DNA from: Candidatus Bathyarchaeota archaeon
GTDB taxonomy: Archaea > Thermoproteota > Bathyarchaeia > 40CM-2-53-6 > RBG-13-38-9
Direction: 5' to 3'
NCBI GenBank assembly: GCA_963807605.1
Contig: CAWECG010000002.1
Coordinates: 24,779 to 88,778, forward strand
Length of the DNA stretch: 64,000 nucleotides
Below the pieces are notes generated by a model. It was not told where the DNA came from, ran no database searches, and was given only the letters and a program-made list of their open reading frames with translations. Below, piece after piece: positions 43,903-54,938 of the stretch. Numbering within the stretch: position 1 is the first letter of the stretch; the number at the start of each line of letters is the position of its first letter. The translations under genes were made by a program, and so were the position numbers.

Positions 43903-44318
43903 GCCCGTTGGAGACGGCACAGAAGCTCTCGACAATCAAGCAGACGGTGAGGTTCAACGCCTCACCCGAGGAGGTTTACGACGCACTGATGGACTCCAAG
44001 AAGCACGCTGAAGTCACTGGGTCCCCGGCCAGCATAAGCAAGAAGGTGGGCGGTAGGTTCACGGCCTGGGACGGCTACATTCTGGGGAAGAACCTCGAAC
44101 TTGAACCGGGGAGGAAGATTGTACAGGAGTGGACGACGACGGAGTGGCCCGAAGGCTACCCTCCCTCGAGGCTGACGATTACCCTGACCGAGAAGGCCGG
44201 CGGCACCGAGCTGAAGATGGTGCACTCCAAGGTCCCAGCTGAACAAAAGGACGACTACGCCGGGGGCTGGCGGTCGTTCTACTGGCAGCCGCTCGAATCC
44301 TATTTTCGGAAGAAGTAG
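43899..44318 (+). CDS. AHSA1-like SRPBCC protein
   Basis: ASPEEVYDALMD, VGG.F.AWDG, KIVQEW, GW..FYW. Confidence 0.88.
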   Translation: MSPLETAQKLSTIKQTVRFNASPEEVYDALMDSKKHAEVTGSPASISKKVGGRFTAWDGYILGKNLELEPGRKIVQEWTTTEWPEGYPPSRLTITLTEKAGGTELKMVHSKVPAEQKDDYAGGWRSFYWQPLESYFRKK

Positions 44319-44523
44319 ACTGGGTCGTTATTCGAAGTCACGCCGGGCCTCGAGAATTCCAACGCGTTAGATTGTGTGGAAGTCCCAACCTCCGCACTAC
44401 ACCCTGAGTCAAATGTGCCCATGTATTTCTGACCACTAAAGTGGTCGCTAGCCCCGGCGACCGCATACTTTTCAAAGCCAATCCCATAAGATCCCAATGC
44501 TTCAGAAAACCCGAGCAGTTACG

Positions 44524-44890
44524 CTATTCAGCTGTATTCTTCGTTCGAACGTAAAGAATGTGAATCCCAAACGTTCCACCGAAATACAATATCAAACCAA
44601 TGACAATTGAGTATGCAAGACCAAGCAATGTCACGACGCCAGCACCAACGATCAGATAGTAGGCATAGAGCGAAAGTGGGAGATACAACAGAGTCGCAGA
44701 AATTAGTCCAGGTGAGTACTTTCTCAACTTGATTGTCCCGATAACATGAAACCAAAAATTGATGAGTACAAATCCAACCGCCCCCAAGCTGAAGATTGGA
44801 TATGCGTTGCTGACGAGCGCGCCTGCGGCAAGGGCCATCAGGAATATTACGTTGACCACTACGTCTTCAGTTACCGATATAGGGAATCCT
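44524..44890 (-). pseudogene. HXXEE-domain membrane protein, 5'-truncated
   Basis: INFWFHVI..YSPGLISA.LLYLP C-terminal motif present; HXXEE N-terminus absent. Confidence 0.55.
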
Positions 44891-45361
44891 ACGAATTCCT
44901 TGAACCATTTTATAGTGTGGTCTGCAACTTGGGTCCTCTTTCTTAATGGCGTAATTCTAGTCGGATTTCCCATTGTAGGTGCAATAGCCTTTCTTGTAGG
45001 TTTGTTGCTGATATGGCGCACTATACGCCAGAGAAAAGTCATAGGAATGCAAAATACCGGCTCAGGATTGATTACCAACGGGACATACGCTATGTTTCGC
45101 CACCCACTTTATGTTAGCGTCATTTGCGTTTCACTCGCACTAGCATTGATCACTAGGAACTGGGATGGTATGCTCGTATTCCCCTTGGTTGTGCTACTCA
45201 ACCTTTTCGAGGCGAAATCAGAGGAAAAATACGACCTTCAACAGCGATTTGGAGAAGAATTCGAAACCTATAAGAAAAAAGTGCGAATTTTTGGTCCGGC
45301 ATGGTTCTGGGTTGCTTGGATCTTACCCATTAGTATTCTCGTTCTAGTGGGAACAATATAG
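44890..45361 (+). pseudogene. Isoprenylcysteine methyltransferase/PEMT-family protein, probably 5'-truncated
   Basis: LITNGTYAMFRHPLY and EEKYDLQQRFGEEF..YKK.V. Confidence 0.65.
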
Positions 45362-45534
45362 AGCGCGTGTGTGCCATAGCTGGTGAGGACGACGACACAA
45401 AAGATCTCCACACATGGTAACCGGGATATCGCGGCCAGCTGAGGATGGTCAAGAAGCCTCTCAGGAAGTTCATGGAGAATAACCCTTACTGGGGAGTCTT
45501 TGACTGGCATCCCCTGAACCTTATCCTGAAGAGA

Positions 45535-45763
45535 CCGAAAAGGAAGTCTGAAAGGGAGAGTATTAAAACGGTTGGAGCTCTAAAGAAACAGTACACCAAT
45601 TTTGACAGGTTATCAAATCTTTCACAACTACCTGAGACCACATGAAGCTTTAGACGGTAAAACGCCAGCGGAAGCATGTGGAATCAAAGTCGAAGGAAAG
45701 AATAAGTGGATAACCCTGATTCAGAACGCGACAAAGGGGAAATCGGCAGACGGCAAAACTTAG
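45535..45763 (+). mobile_element. IS6-like DDE transposase C-terminal remnant
   Basis: GYQIFHNYLRPHEALDGKTPAEACGIKVEGKNKWITLIQNA. Confidence 0.7.
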
Positions 45764-46250
45764 GGCCATCTTCTCTTAGTTATGGTAGTAATAATCTCTG
45801 AAGTCTCAAAAAGTCGTTTCAGTGCTGTTTCTTTATCTTGCCTGAGTAGAACACCGCGAAGTTTTCGCGGATGCGCTTTGGTGGACTCTTTGAGGTATCC
45901 CTCATCTATTTTCTGAGCTAAATGTGCAGCAAAAATTCCCGATTTACGTACTCTATCAACTTTTTTCTTTAGACCTTTCAGAAGCTCTTTTTCACTTGCC
46001 CACGACTCAAGTTCTCCCCAAGAAGCATCAGGCTTCAATAGAGAATAACTCTCCTCACTTGTCTTAGAGACATAAAGTAGAGCTTCTACCGAGGCACGAC
46101 ACATGACGCAAGTCGCAAAATAAGCGCCTGCACCAAAACAAATGAGTGCTTCTCCTAATAACTCAGCAGATTTCCAAATCGTGCCGTAGCGATTCTGTAT
46201 TTGACTAATGAAATCTTTCCAGTAATCGTCCTCAAATGGCGTAGCTAATC
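45760..46250 (-). CDS. DUF4145-like HEPN protein, paralogue of 18862-19395
   Basis: ATCVMCRASVE..RKSGIFAAHLAQKIDE versus MCRGALE..GDLSAHIAQRIDE; the frame is open upstream of 46104. Confidence 0.55.
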
Positions 46251-46921
46251 CCTGAGTACATTAAAATGTTGGCTGGCCTATTCAGGCTATCACCCGACGG
46301 TTAACAGGAAGACAAATCACCCGCAGACCTAACAGAACTCGGTCAAGAGGACGACCGGAGGATTCTAGTGTAACCGAGTTCGAAACGCCTAGGTGACAAT
46401 GGTTTTATATGATGGCTCTTAACGAACTTTATGGCATAATGTTTTGAAGGGATAACGGTTTTGTGGGATAGTTTTGCTCTCAGCAGTTATTCTGGTCCCC
46501 GTATCGTAAATCGTTGGTGAGTTGTTGATGCTGGACGTATCTGAGAAATGTGTTGATTGCGGAAGAAAGACGAGCAGAGGCTTAAGATACTGCGATGTCT
46601 GTAGAAAAGCACATTTCACAAGTGCCCTTCGAAGTATAAGACATATCCAGCCCGAACCCGACAACACAATCAAACTTCCTGTCACGACCCATCACAAGAA
46701 AGCCACTTTAGAACTCGATAGTAAAGTAAAAGATAGATTGCATCAGCCTTCTCCAAGAATCGCTCACGGAACTTCCTCTTTGACACGTACTTGAATCTTA
46801 ATTGTATTATTGTCGTGCAGCTTCAGCGGCGTCACCGCGATTTCTTTGTAGGACTGCCGTGAAATCCCCCACCAATCTTACCGAGACACACGTGGGCTTG
46901 CGTCAACAGGCAGGCACGTAT

Positions 46922-46960
46922 TGGTGCGGGGAGTGGGATTCGCGCACCAGTTTACCAGTA
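46922..46960 (-). mobile_element. tRNA-Leu-derived att/dif-like site, family B copy 1
   Basis: TGGTGCGGGGA-GTGGGA-TTCGCGCACCA-GTTTACCAGTA, identical to 50313-50351. Confidence 0.8.
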
Positions 46961-47312
46961 CATATAAAGTCTAATTCACAGAGATAAGGCGGTTCAACAA
47001 AAATCTAAATTGCCAATTGAGTATTGTTCCCTATCGACGTTGTTCACTAGCAGTCGGACTCCTTGTGGTAAAGAAGGTGTGACGTTTCTTAGGTCAGAAC
47101 TTTCTCTTGTATGAAGGCGCCGTGCCAGTAATGTCACCAAGTTTTTCTATGGCAGACAAAGCCATATTGAAATGTGGCTATGCGAGGACATCATGATTTG
47201 AACCGTTAGATATTGTTTGTGTCGCGTCGTCGTCATAGCTAGTGAGAGCAATATACGGGTACGCGCCAGCGCATAGGAATTCTCGGTCATTAAGGCGGCT
47301 TTTGGTGATTGC

Positions 47313-48963
47313 CTAAACGTATCGTCTGCAAGAGGAGCAGTACCATTTTTGATAATTAGCCGAGTAGGTTAGAGGACCATAGCATCTTGGACATACCATT
47401 CTGCAGGAAGCACTACTTATCACTGTTCCCGGGGGAGGACAAGATGCTGGAGCTAACGGTACTGGAGCTACTACCGGGATGATTCTTCTACGCCGCCCAA
47501 GGGTCGCTGCTGCCACTATTGGGATTAGAGCAATCAGAAGCAATATTGGAAGCAGAAGGGGAAAAATTGCTGCTTGAGGTTTTGATGCAAGAGTCAGTGT
47601 TGTTGTCTTCGTGTTGTTAGAAGGGTCATCGCAGCCTATAGTACTGCCAGGGTCAGCCGTTATGGAAACAGCATAGATGCCGGGAGAGAAGCTTGATGTG
47701 TTCCAACTGAAGTGGACCACTGTTGATGTCATGTTGGCAAGGTTTACCGATGTCAACCCGATACTGGTCGTATTGGCAAAGAGGCCAACGTTGAAGGTTT
47801 CAGGTATTAGCCCAAGGTTTGCTATCGTCGCGTTATAGTTCACAACGTCGCCTTGGGTTGCCGTAGTTCTGGATGCTGTCATGGTGAGTGTTGAGACTTC
47901 TCGGACCGTCATGCCCGGAGGAAGATTCTGTCCTGATCCCTACCTGACCAGCTCGATCGTAGATTATGGTCGTCGGGCTTATGCTCTGCACAACAGCCAC
48001 CCGCCTCTGCGCCGTGACTGTGAATGTGACTGACCATGAAGTTCCAGCCGATATCAGCGGAATCTGCCAGAAGATGACGCCGCTAGAGGTTGAATTCGGT
48101 GGCTGAGTCGCATCATTATCATATGTCACGATTGAGGTAGGCAAGTTCTCCGTGACATGAATATTCTCTGCAGGGGCCGGCTGGTTAAGTTCAGTATTGA
48201 TCTGGAGGTATATGCCGGCGAGTTCAGAGCCTGACGGGGCATAGTAATATTTCCCGTCACCTGCTGCCGATATTTCCTGCATTAAGGTTTGATTAACGGG
48301 ATCAGTGATGTAGCTGTAAGCACCGCCGGGACCAAGTCCAATGCAGTAGACTTCGATATCAGCGGCGGCAGCACTTTGGGCTAGCTTAATGAAGGGTGGC
48401 ACTGCAGTTATACCATAGTGTGGGTCGCCGTCCGTCATGAGAATTACCACCTTCCTGAAGCCGGGTCTCCCTTTTACCATAAGATCTGTGACACTTTTGT
48501 TAAGTGCGCCGTAAAGATTTGTGTAGTCATAAGGAGGAATTATTTCTTGTATCGCCTTATCGAGTGCGACCTTGCCAGAAGCATTGGTTACCGTCATGTC
48601 TATCTCCAGCTTCACACTCACAGCAAAACTTATCACCTCATCCAGATCGCTGCTGTGTTGAACGCCTACGAAACCCATTGCAGCGGCTAGCGCGTCTTGG
48701 AACCTTTCACCAAACATGCTTCCCGTCCTGTCGATCGCCAATACAACCTGAAGCGGCCCGGAAACGCCCCCTCCCGTGACAGCCATGCTGATATTTACAG
48801 TCAAGCGCTGCCCCGGCAAAGCACATGATGGGGTGATTGATTTTGTCGTAACCACGTCCGCCGAGGTCTGCGCTTTAACGTCGAATGGTTTTGTGAATGA
48901 CAGAAGCAGCATAATTATGATCGAGAGAACAGTAATGCGAAATCGTGTTGAATCTCGGCGCAT
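47313..48963 (-). CDS. Surface vWA + CARDB-like + TM + Zn-ribbon protein, frameshifted near 47930
   Basis: Signal peptide, DRTGSM MIDAS, LMTDG; Ig-like NATIANLG..FSWNT; CPRC..WYCSSC. Confidence 0.8.
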
Positions 48964-49168
48964 CTACAAATTCGCCGTTTATATTGTGGGGCATTTCGGT
49001 ATTAATCTCTTATTGCTCAGAAAATTAATTGTATGTAATCTTCAGCCTGCCACATCCGACATAGACCTCGATCTGCGACTGCCGCTAGTTCCGAATCTAG
49101 GTGATCAGAATTCTCCGGCAGGAGTGGATTGGAGCTAACGCACGCTAGCTTTTACATAAATAGTCAAG

Positions 49169-49549
49169 TCAGCAGACGCGGCAGAGCGGCTGCTGGACAA
49201 GATAGCTCAAGGGTGGGGGTCGATAGCAATACTCCTGTGGAGGTGGTAGACACGCAACAGGTTGGGGCGGAGGCTGGATGAAACCCTGGACTGGCGGAGG
49301 CTGATAAACCATCCTTTGAGGCATAGTCGGTACGATGCATTGCATGGGTTGTGGTTGGTAGTAAACCTCCGGAGGCTGAGGAATCAAGCATTCTTGGGGT
49401 GGAGGTTGATAACAGCATAGCTGTGGAGGTTGAGGAACAGCAACTAGAGCTGGCGGCGTAGGCACCAGGTAAGACTGAGGTGGCGAAGCACAATAGGTCA
49501 TCAAAGGCGGTCTAGGAACACAATAATACGACATATTAGGCAACCCCAT
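49169..49549 (-). CDS. Cys/Pro/Gln-rich repetitive protein
   Basis: Repeated [YC]xxPPPQ units about every 8-9 aa; GAGGT RBS upstream. Confidence 0.55.
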   Translation of the reverse strand: MGLPNMSYYCVPRPPLMTYCASPPQSYLVPTPPALVAVPQPPQLCCYQPPPQECLIPQPPEVYYQPQPMQCIVPTMPQRMVYQPPPVQGFIQPPPQPVACLPPPQEYCYRPPPLSYLVQQPLCRVC

Positions 49550-49873
49550 TACCTCTCTCTAACACGCATATACGATCCTACGATTCCATTGGAAAACGCG
49601 CTCCATTTTCATTTTTTGAATGGATCTAAAATAAACAATGCATGAGATGATAATTCTAAATAATTATCACTTGAACTGGATATAGCCACGAACAGCAATC
49701 AATTTCGTAGTCATCCTTTTTGTGCACCCTTTATTCCACACTGTGCTTGTTATGCACCTTAGCTGGTGAGCACACATAAAATCAGTAGACTTACTCAAAC
49801 CCAAACGTTATTTGATTATTCTCAAAGACGAGAGGGCTCTCAACATCGTATGTGTTTCTATCTAGCTAGCTGT

Positions 49874-50260
49874 CTATGAACTTGCTTCTTTTGGTCTGTC
49901 TAATTCCTGCTTAACCTCTACAAGAATTACCAGTAGAGGAATAAACAGCAGGAACTGTTGTCTGTTGTATTTCGACTTATTTTGAAGTTCAGATTCAGCC
50001 TCGTTTTGAGCGCTATTCTTCTTTGATATTATGATCGCATGGACGAATAGTGGAAGATAGTTCACTCCTGTGAGTAGAAGGTAGAAACCAATAACTAGGC
50101 TGACATACGATCCTACCAGTCCGACTACAATCTGTTGGAAACCTAGCCCAAATAGAAGCGAAGTTCCTAAGCCGAACTCTACAAGAATGAAAGGTCGACC
50201 GTGCAACAGGGTATCTAAGGCAACAAGCTTACGACTGTTTATGAGACCGCTCCCCATGTC
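49874..50260 (-). CDS. Small membrane protein
   Basis: RKLVALD..LHG..FILVEF, GVNYLPL; probable start MGSGLIN. Confidence 0.6.
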   Translation of the reverse strand, partial: DMGSGLINSRKLVALDTLLHGRPFILVEFGLGTSLLFGLGFQQIVVGLVGSYVSLVIGFYLLLTGVNYLPLFVHAIIISKKNSAQNEAESELQNKSKYNRQQFLLFIPLLVILVEVKQELDRPKEASS

Positions 50261-50312
50261 AAAACACCGTCCATACTCTCTCACGAATAGTTGACTTAGC
50301 TCGCTCGTAAAA

Positions 50313-50351
50313 TGGTGCGGGGAGTGGGATTCGCGCACCAGTTTACCAGTA
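50313..50351 (-). mobile_element. tRNA-Leu-derived att/dif-like site, family B copy 2
   Basis: Identical 39-mer to 46922-46960. Confidence 0.8.
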
Positions 50352-50401
50352 TATATATACTCAATACGGGCGTGACACTGACTAAACCGACGCTTTCGTT
50401 C

Positions 50402-52054
50402 TTACAGCTTTTGTCGAATTTCTCGCAGAAACATCTCCTTACGTTCCTTCGTGAATCCCTCGAAATCGTCGTGTCTCATGCACTCATAGGCCTCGGTTGA
50501 AATCAAGTGACTTTTCATTGTCTGCAACAATCGATTCTCATCGTTGCTATGGCTGTGTAGCAGCAATGGAATAAACTCAGATGGCTTTTTGTTACTTTTG
50601 ACCTGATTCGTTGAGATTAGAGTTCGATTGAGAATCGAATTAACATGAGTGTACTTACCAAACTTGGACTTAGGAAAAATGTGATCGTCTTGACATTGCA
50701 TGAGGTTCGCAGCTTGTCCGTTGATAAAGTCTCTTGCGCCAGCGAGAACGATTAGACACATTAGCCCTCGATATATGGCCGAATGTGGTTCATCAACATA
50801 CAAGTCCACGGAATCGGCTGTGACATTGTCCAACCAGGAGGGAGGATTTCCGTTATCGAACCATTTTACAATGTCTTTTGTGTCACGATAGGACTTCGTG
50901 TCTGCTGCGTTATCATATCGATTTGAGAAAACACTCGCCCAGTACCAGTGGTCGAGTTTCCGATACAATGCTTCTCCACCCTTCCGAATGCGAATTTCGT
51001 GCAGAATGGCTGCAAGTGGGACGGTCATTGTGGTGTAAGGAATCCATGAACTTCCGAATGCTCCGTATCCACCTTCTGATGCGGCCATGCGATTATGAGC
51101 CTTCGAAATCGAATGTGTTGCATTACTCCATTCTTTTTCAAATCGCTCCTTGCTCAGCTCATCAATTGCGTCAAGTAAGGCACTCTTCCTAGGCTCTTTT
51201 CCGATTCCAATCGTAATGATCTTCAGAACAAACTCGGGCTTGATATCTCTCGTAGCGGCACTATCTTCTTGCTCGAATAGCTCCCATGATTCTCGCAGCC
51301 GTACCCCCTTCAAGTATAGGCGGGCGCCTGCTAGATCGAAGAGTGAGAGAGTCACGCCGGTGCTGTTTATTCGCTCGAATATGTTTACGATGTTCTCTTT
51401 ACCCGTTTCAGGAGAAAGCCCGACAACGGGTACCATGAAGTTGGCGAACCGTTGATAATACGATTCAATTTTGTTCTTTTGCACGTCGCTGGATAGAAAC
51501 TGCTGCTTGTGAAATAGCCAATTATAGAACTGTTTTGAATCTTTCATTAGCGAGAATGTAATGGCTCGCCCTTCTTTTGTTGCAGTTTCCATCTCTTCCA
51601 TCCGTCTTCGATCTGCTACTGAGATTCCGATGACTGCATTTTCAGTTTCGCCCTCCAACGCATGATCTAGCTGCAGAAACAAATGAGTTGCTTTCTTTGC
51701 GTGCTTAAGCGGAATTTTGGGCTCATACAGTACATAGAACAGTGACGAAATTCGCTGTTGCCCATCGAGCACCACCTTGACGGTTGAGTAGTTCCGCGGT
51801 TCAGCGCTGGGATTTACGTCTTTGAGTCCTTCTACTGTGCGAAATGGAAAAAGTGGCTTGTCCGCAGGCGTATCGAGCATCAAGAAGGTGCCTATGAAAT
51901 AACCTTCTAAAATGGAAACGAGTAGTTGTTCGACGTTTTCACGCCACCAGACAAAGGATCGCTGAAATTCCGGAATCATGACTTTTCCGCTGTAAGTGTC
52001 TTTGATAATAGATAGCAGGTTCTCAGGATTCGCCTTCGGGGTCTCTATTCCCAA
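50402..52054 (-). CDS. DUF262 + HNH (GmrSD-like) modification-dependent nuclease
   Basis: IPEFQRSFVW, LDGQQR, IFERINSTG; DDHIFP..N..LN C-terminal HNH. Confidence 0.85.
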   Translation of the reverse strand: MGIETPKANPENLLSIIKDTYSGKVMIPEFQRSFVWWRENVEQLLVSILEGYFIGTFLMLDTPADKPLFPFRTVEGLKDVNPSAEPRNYSTVKVVLDGQQRISSLFYVLYEPKIPLKHAKKATHLFLQLDHALEGETENAVIGISVADRRRMEEMETATKEGRAITFSLMKDSKQFYNWLFHKQQFLSSDVQKNKIESYYQRFANFMVPVVGLSPETGKENIVNIFERINSTGVTLSLFDLAGARLYLKGVRLRESWELFEQEDSAATRDIKPEFVLKIITIGIGKEPRKSALLDAIDELSKERFEKEWSNATHSISKAHNRMAASEGGYGAFGSSWIPYTTMTVPLAAILHEIRIRKGGEALYRKLDHWYWASVFSNRYDNAADTKSYRDTKDIVKWFDNGNPPSWLDNVTADSVDLYVDEPHSAIYRGLMCLIVLAGARDFINGQAANLMQCQDDHIFPKSKFGKYTHVNSILNRTLISTNQVKSNKKPSEFIPLLLHSHSNDENRLLQTMKSHLISTEAYECMRHDDFEGFTKERKEMFLREIRQKL

Positions 52055-52349
52055 GGAAGCTCAGCTCAAGATTATCGAATAACACGCCCGCGACCATCGT
52101 ATAGGATTGTATCAGAGAGTTTGAATTCCTCGCCACACTTGCACTCAGCGTAGAGCTCTGAGGACTGAAGTCTAGCTATGAATTTGTCATAGCTCATAAC
52201 TTGACCTCATAATTGAGGAGACTTCGTTTTGAATATGTGACTTGTGTATCGATAGTTCCTAATGTAGGGTTATGTCTACCCCACGGCACTGGGGGGCAAT
52301 ATGCTTGCTGAGGTTTCTGGACCAAACGGAAATAGATAGTAAATAGTGA

Positions 52350-52661
52350 TTAAACAATCAGCATCTTTTGAGCTTCGTGTAAAGGAATCGAAAAATCTAC
52401 TACCTTCTCGGATTCCTTGATAGTTATTGAAAGTGACTTCTCAAAGCGTCTCGCAAAAAAATAATAGTACGGTTTATCCTTTGTAAGGGATACTGCATCC
52501 ACTTTTCTATCAAGCAAATCTCGGATGTAGTTCTCGATAGGCACGTTCCAAACAGCCCGCATAGTATTTAACGATTCAATCAAATCTTCATTATCAGCAT
52601 AATCTGTCTCCGAAGTAACTCTACGAACTGAGACTTTTGAGAGATGAAGATTCCTCGACAT
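52350..52661 (-). CDS. Hypothetical protein
   Basis: 103-aa ORF coupled to the upstream gene. Confidence 0.5.
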   Translation of the reverse strand: MSRNLHLSKVSVRRVTSETDYADNEDLIESLNTMRAVWNVPIENYIRDLLDRKVDAVSLTKDKPYYYFFARRFEKSLSITIKESEKVVDFSIPLHEAQKMLIV

Positions 52662-52664
52662 ATT

Positions 52665-52859
52665 TTACACAACCTTTTCTCTTACTGCCTTCATTGCTTT
52701 TTCAATCTCAGTCAGCTGATCGCTTATCTGCGTTACACGTTTACTAATATCGGTAAGTTGTTGCTCTAACCCCGTTGCTTTTGTCTTTAGCTCATCAAAT
52801 TGTGCATTCATGTTTTCAATTACTCTAGTAGCTGCCTTCTGAGCAGCTGCATACCCCAT
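52665..52859 (-). CDS. Small coiled-coil protein
   Basis: Heptad pattern L..LE.QL.DI..RV.QI..QL.EI. Confidence 0.55.
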   Translation of the reverse strand: MGYAAAQKAATRVIENMNAQFDELKTKATGLEQQLTDISKRVTQISDQLTEIEKAMKAVREKVV

Positions 52860-53146
52860 AGTTCATCATCATGACATTCGCTATTAGGTACTTAACGTTT
52901 TATGCATAAACTTCAAAACAAGCTGCTCCATTAGTATCACCCGAAATTCTTCAGGGTATTTCAGTAGGTTGAAACGCTCTAGGTTACCAGAGCCTGTGAA
53001 GGTTCTTTTGCGTTCGATAAATCGAATGCTCATGGTATAAGCACGCCAAATCCTCTAGAGTTCGTGAGCTGGATTGCGAAGAACTTGGTCAATAGATTCA
53101 AGTGGCTGGTTATGAGTACTCCAATAGCCGTAGGGTGTTGTCTTGA

Positions 53147-53695
53147 TTGATTCAATATTACTTTGACATTGAGACTACAGGCACTGAACCAGAAAAGGAT
53201 AAGATAATAACGATACAATGGCAAAGGCTGAACGAATCCAGTGGTGATCCTATCGGCGAATTGCAGATACTAAAGGAGTGGGAAGCTTCTGAGAGAGCCA
53301 TCCTGACAGCGGTTCTTCCTCAAATCCAATGCGAAAACTGCTGGGACTTCATTCCAATTGGTAAGAATTTACTGTTTGACTTTAACTTCTTAGACAAGAG
53401 AGCTAGGAAACACGGTCTTAACGGCTTTGATCTAGCATACTGCTACAGTCACCCGCATCTGGACTTGAAACACGTTTTAGTGTTAATAAATCAGGGCAAG
53501 TTCAAGGGCTATGATAAAGTTCTGGACATCGGCGGACACGCCGTGACCAATAAGAGCATTCCCAATCTCTACGAGAGGAGGATGTATCAAGATATAGTTG
53601 AGTACATAAAAAGGGAAACTGAGCTCTTCCTAAAAGGACTAAAGATACTAAAGAGCGAAATGCCAGCATTGCTGGTTCATTTTAAGAATCTTTGA
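53147..53695 (+). CDS. DEDD/RNase H-like 3'-5' exonuclease
   Basis: YFDIETTG, IGKNLLFD, HLDL, EYIKRE. Confidence 0.75.
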   Translation: MIQYYFDIETTGTEPEKDKIITIQWQRLNESSGDPIGELQILKEWEASERAILTAVLPQIQCENCWDFIPIGKNLLFDFNFLDKRARKHGLNGFDLAYCYSHPHLDLKHVLVLINQGKFKGYDKVLDIGGHAVTNKSIPNLYERRMYQDIVEYIKRETELFLKGLKILKSEMPALLVHFKNL

Positions 53696-53698
53696 AAA

Positions 53699-53735
53699 TG
53701 GTTCGAGGAGTGGGATTCGCACACCAGTTTACCAC
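53699..53735 (-). mobile_element. tRNA-Leu-derived att/dif-like site, family B copy 3
   Basis: TGGTTCGAGGA-GTGGGA-TTCGCACACCA-GTTTACCA, 3 mismatches in the 28-mer. Confidence 0.75.
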
Positions 53736-53869
53736 TCACAGTCGCTAAAGGTGGTCACCTACAGAGAGCCATATATATCGCCTAAAGGTGCGGAATAATT
53801 CACGATACCCAGAACGTAGAGTCGGTGCTGCGGCTCTTTCGAAGTACCTAGTTGCCTTAGCTGAAATCT

Positions 53870-54493
53870 TTACTTCGACGCTTGTTTCCCACTCAAATAT
53901 GCACCCTGACTTATACCAGTCAATACGACCAGTGTGGAACTTACATCCGGAAGGTCGAGCTGTGTGAGTGGGGAAGGCGGACTAGCCATCGTGGTGAAGA
54001 ATGTGCCCAAGAATATCAGAACGGCCACGAAGGTCCAAGACAGCATTTGAAACCGCGTGATGCTGAACTGATTATTTTCGTTAAGCATCGTGGACAATGG
54101 TTGCGGCGGTTCCTCTGGAGCGACAGTCTGGAGACGAGGGTAATACTTCCCTCCGGAAACGCCATAGCTTACGACTGTTGAGCCAGCGTTGATCCCGAGT
54201 AGTGTTAGAATGTTGGCAGGCAGAGCAGTTGGAGGTAGGACATTGGAAAGAATTCTGACAAAAGAGACCACTAGAAATGCGAATGCAATAACGAATGTCC
54301 AAAGCAGTAATTGAAAGCGCCCCAAACTCGGGTAGAGGTCGTCGTCACAAATCACCCCTCTCAAGAATATCTTGGTTGTTCCGTCGGGCAACTTGACGGC
54401 CCTTCTGCCAACACGAATCAAAATGACAAATAACACTACGTCAACTGCTATCGCTAAGGCGTATGATTCCTGAAGAATCTCTAACAGCACCAA
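53870..54493 (-). CDS. Membrane protein with internal duplication
   Basis: SLGRFQLLLWT/SITRFQMLSWT and LLGINAG/LTGISQG repeated halves. Confidence 0.7.
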   Translation of the reverse strand: MVLLEILQESYALAIAVDVVLFVILIRVGRRAVKLPDGTTKIFLRGVICDDDLYPSLGRFQLLLWTFVIAFAFLVVSFVRILSNVLPPTALPANILTLLGINAGSTVVSYGVSGGKYYPRLQTVAPEEPPQPLSTMLNENNQFSITRFQMLSWTFVAVLIFLGTFFTTMASPPSPLTQLDLPDVSSTLVVLTGISQGAYLSGKQASK

Positions 54494-54938
54494 TGTTGTG
54501 ATACTGCCTTACTGCCGGCGATGATTATAAGATTTTGCAACCTTTCGGCTGGTGTTCCATATCGGGGTCTATACCGACTTATGATTGTGCGGGTAGTTCC
54601 GATAATTCTTCGGGGGTTGGAGGCTAATCTTGTTGGTGATAACTGTAGGGGCAGGTATCAAATACCTAGCTCAGAATCCGTGTTTGGCATTCTTGCGAAG
54701 GCGTTACAGGTTCATCCTAACAGCATTAGTACTGCTATCGCTATGGCAACAAGTGAAGCATATCCGAAGCAACGTTGAAGAAGAGCTCAGACACGGCTAA
54801 GTCAGCTCAGTTAAGTGAATTGTTTATCTCATCCTTGACGAAGTGTTGAAATCAGCTGTTCATTATAGATAAGCAGAGTCGAGAGCTTGAAAGATATTCG
54901 CTCAAGATCATAGGCGTAGTCTCAGGTATTGAATCCAA

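Noticed and set aside
46922-46949. Intact or split tRNA-Leu genes at the att-like sites
   Set aside because: Only about 20 nt of the 3' end are present, with no D or anticodon arm and no complementary trans-splicing leader.
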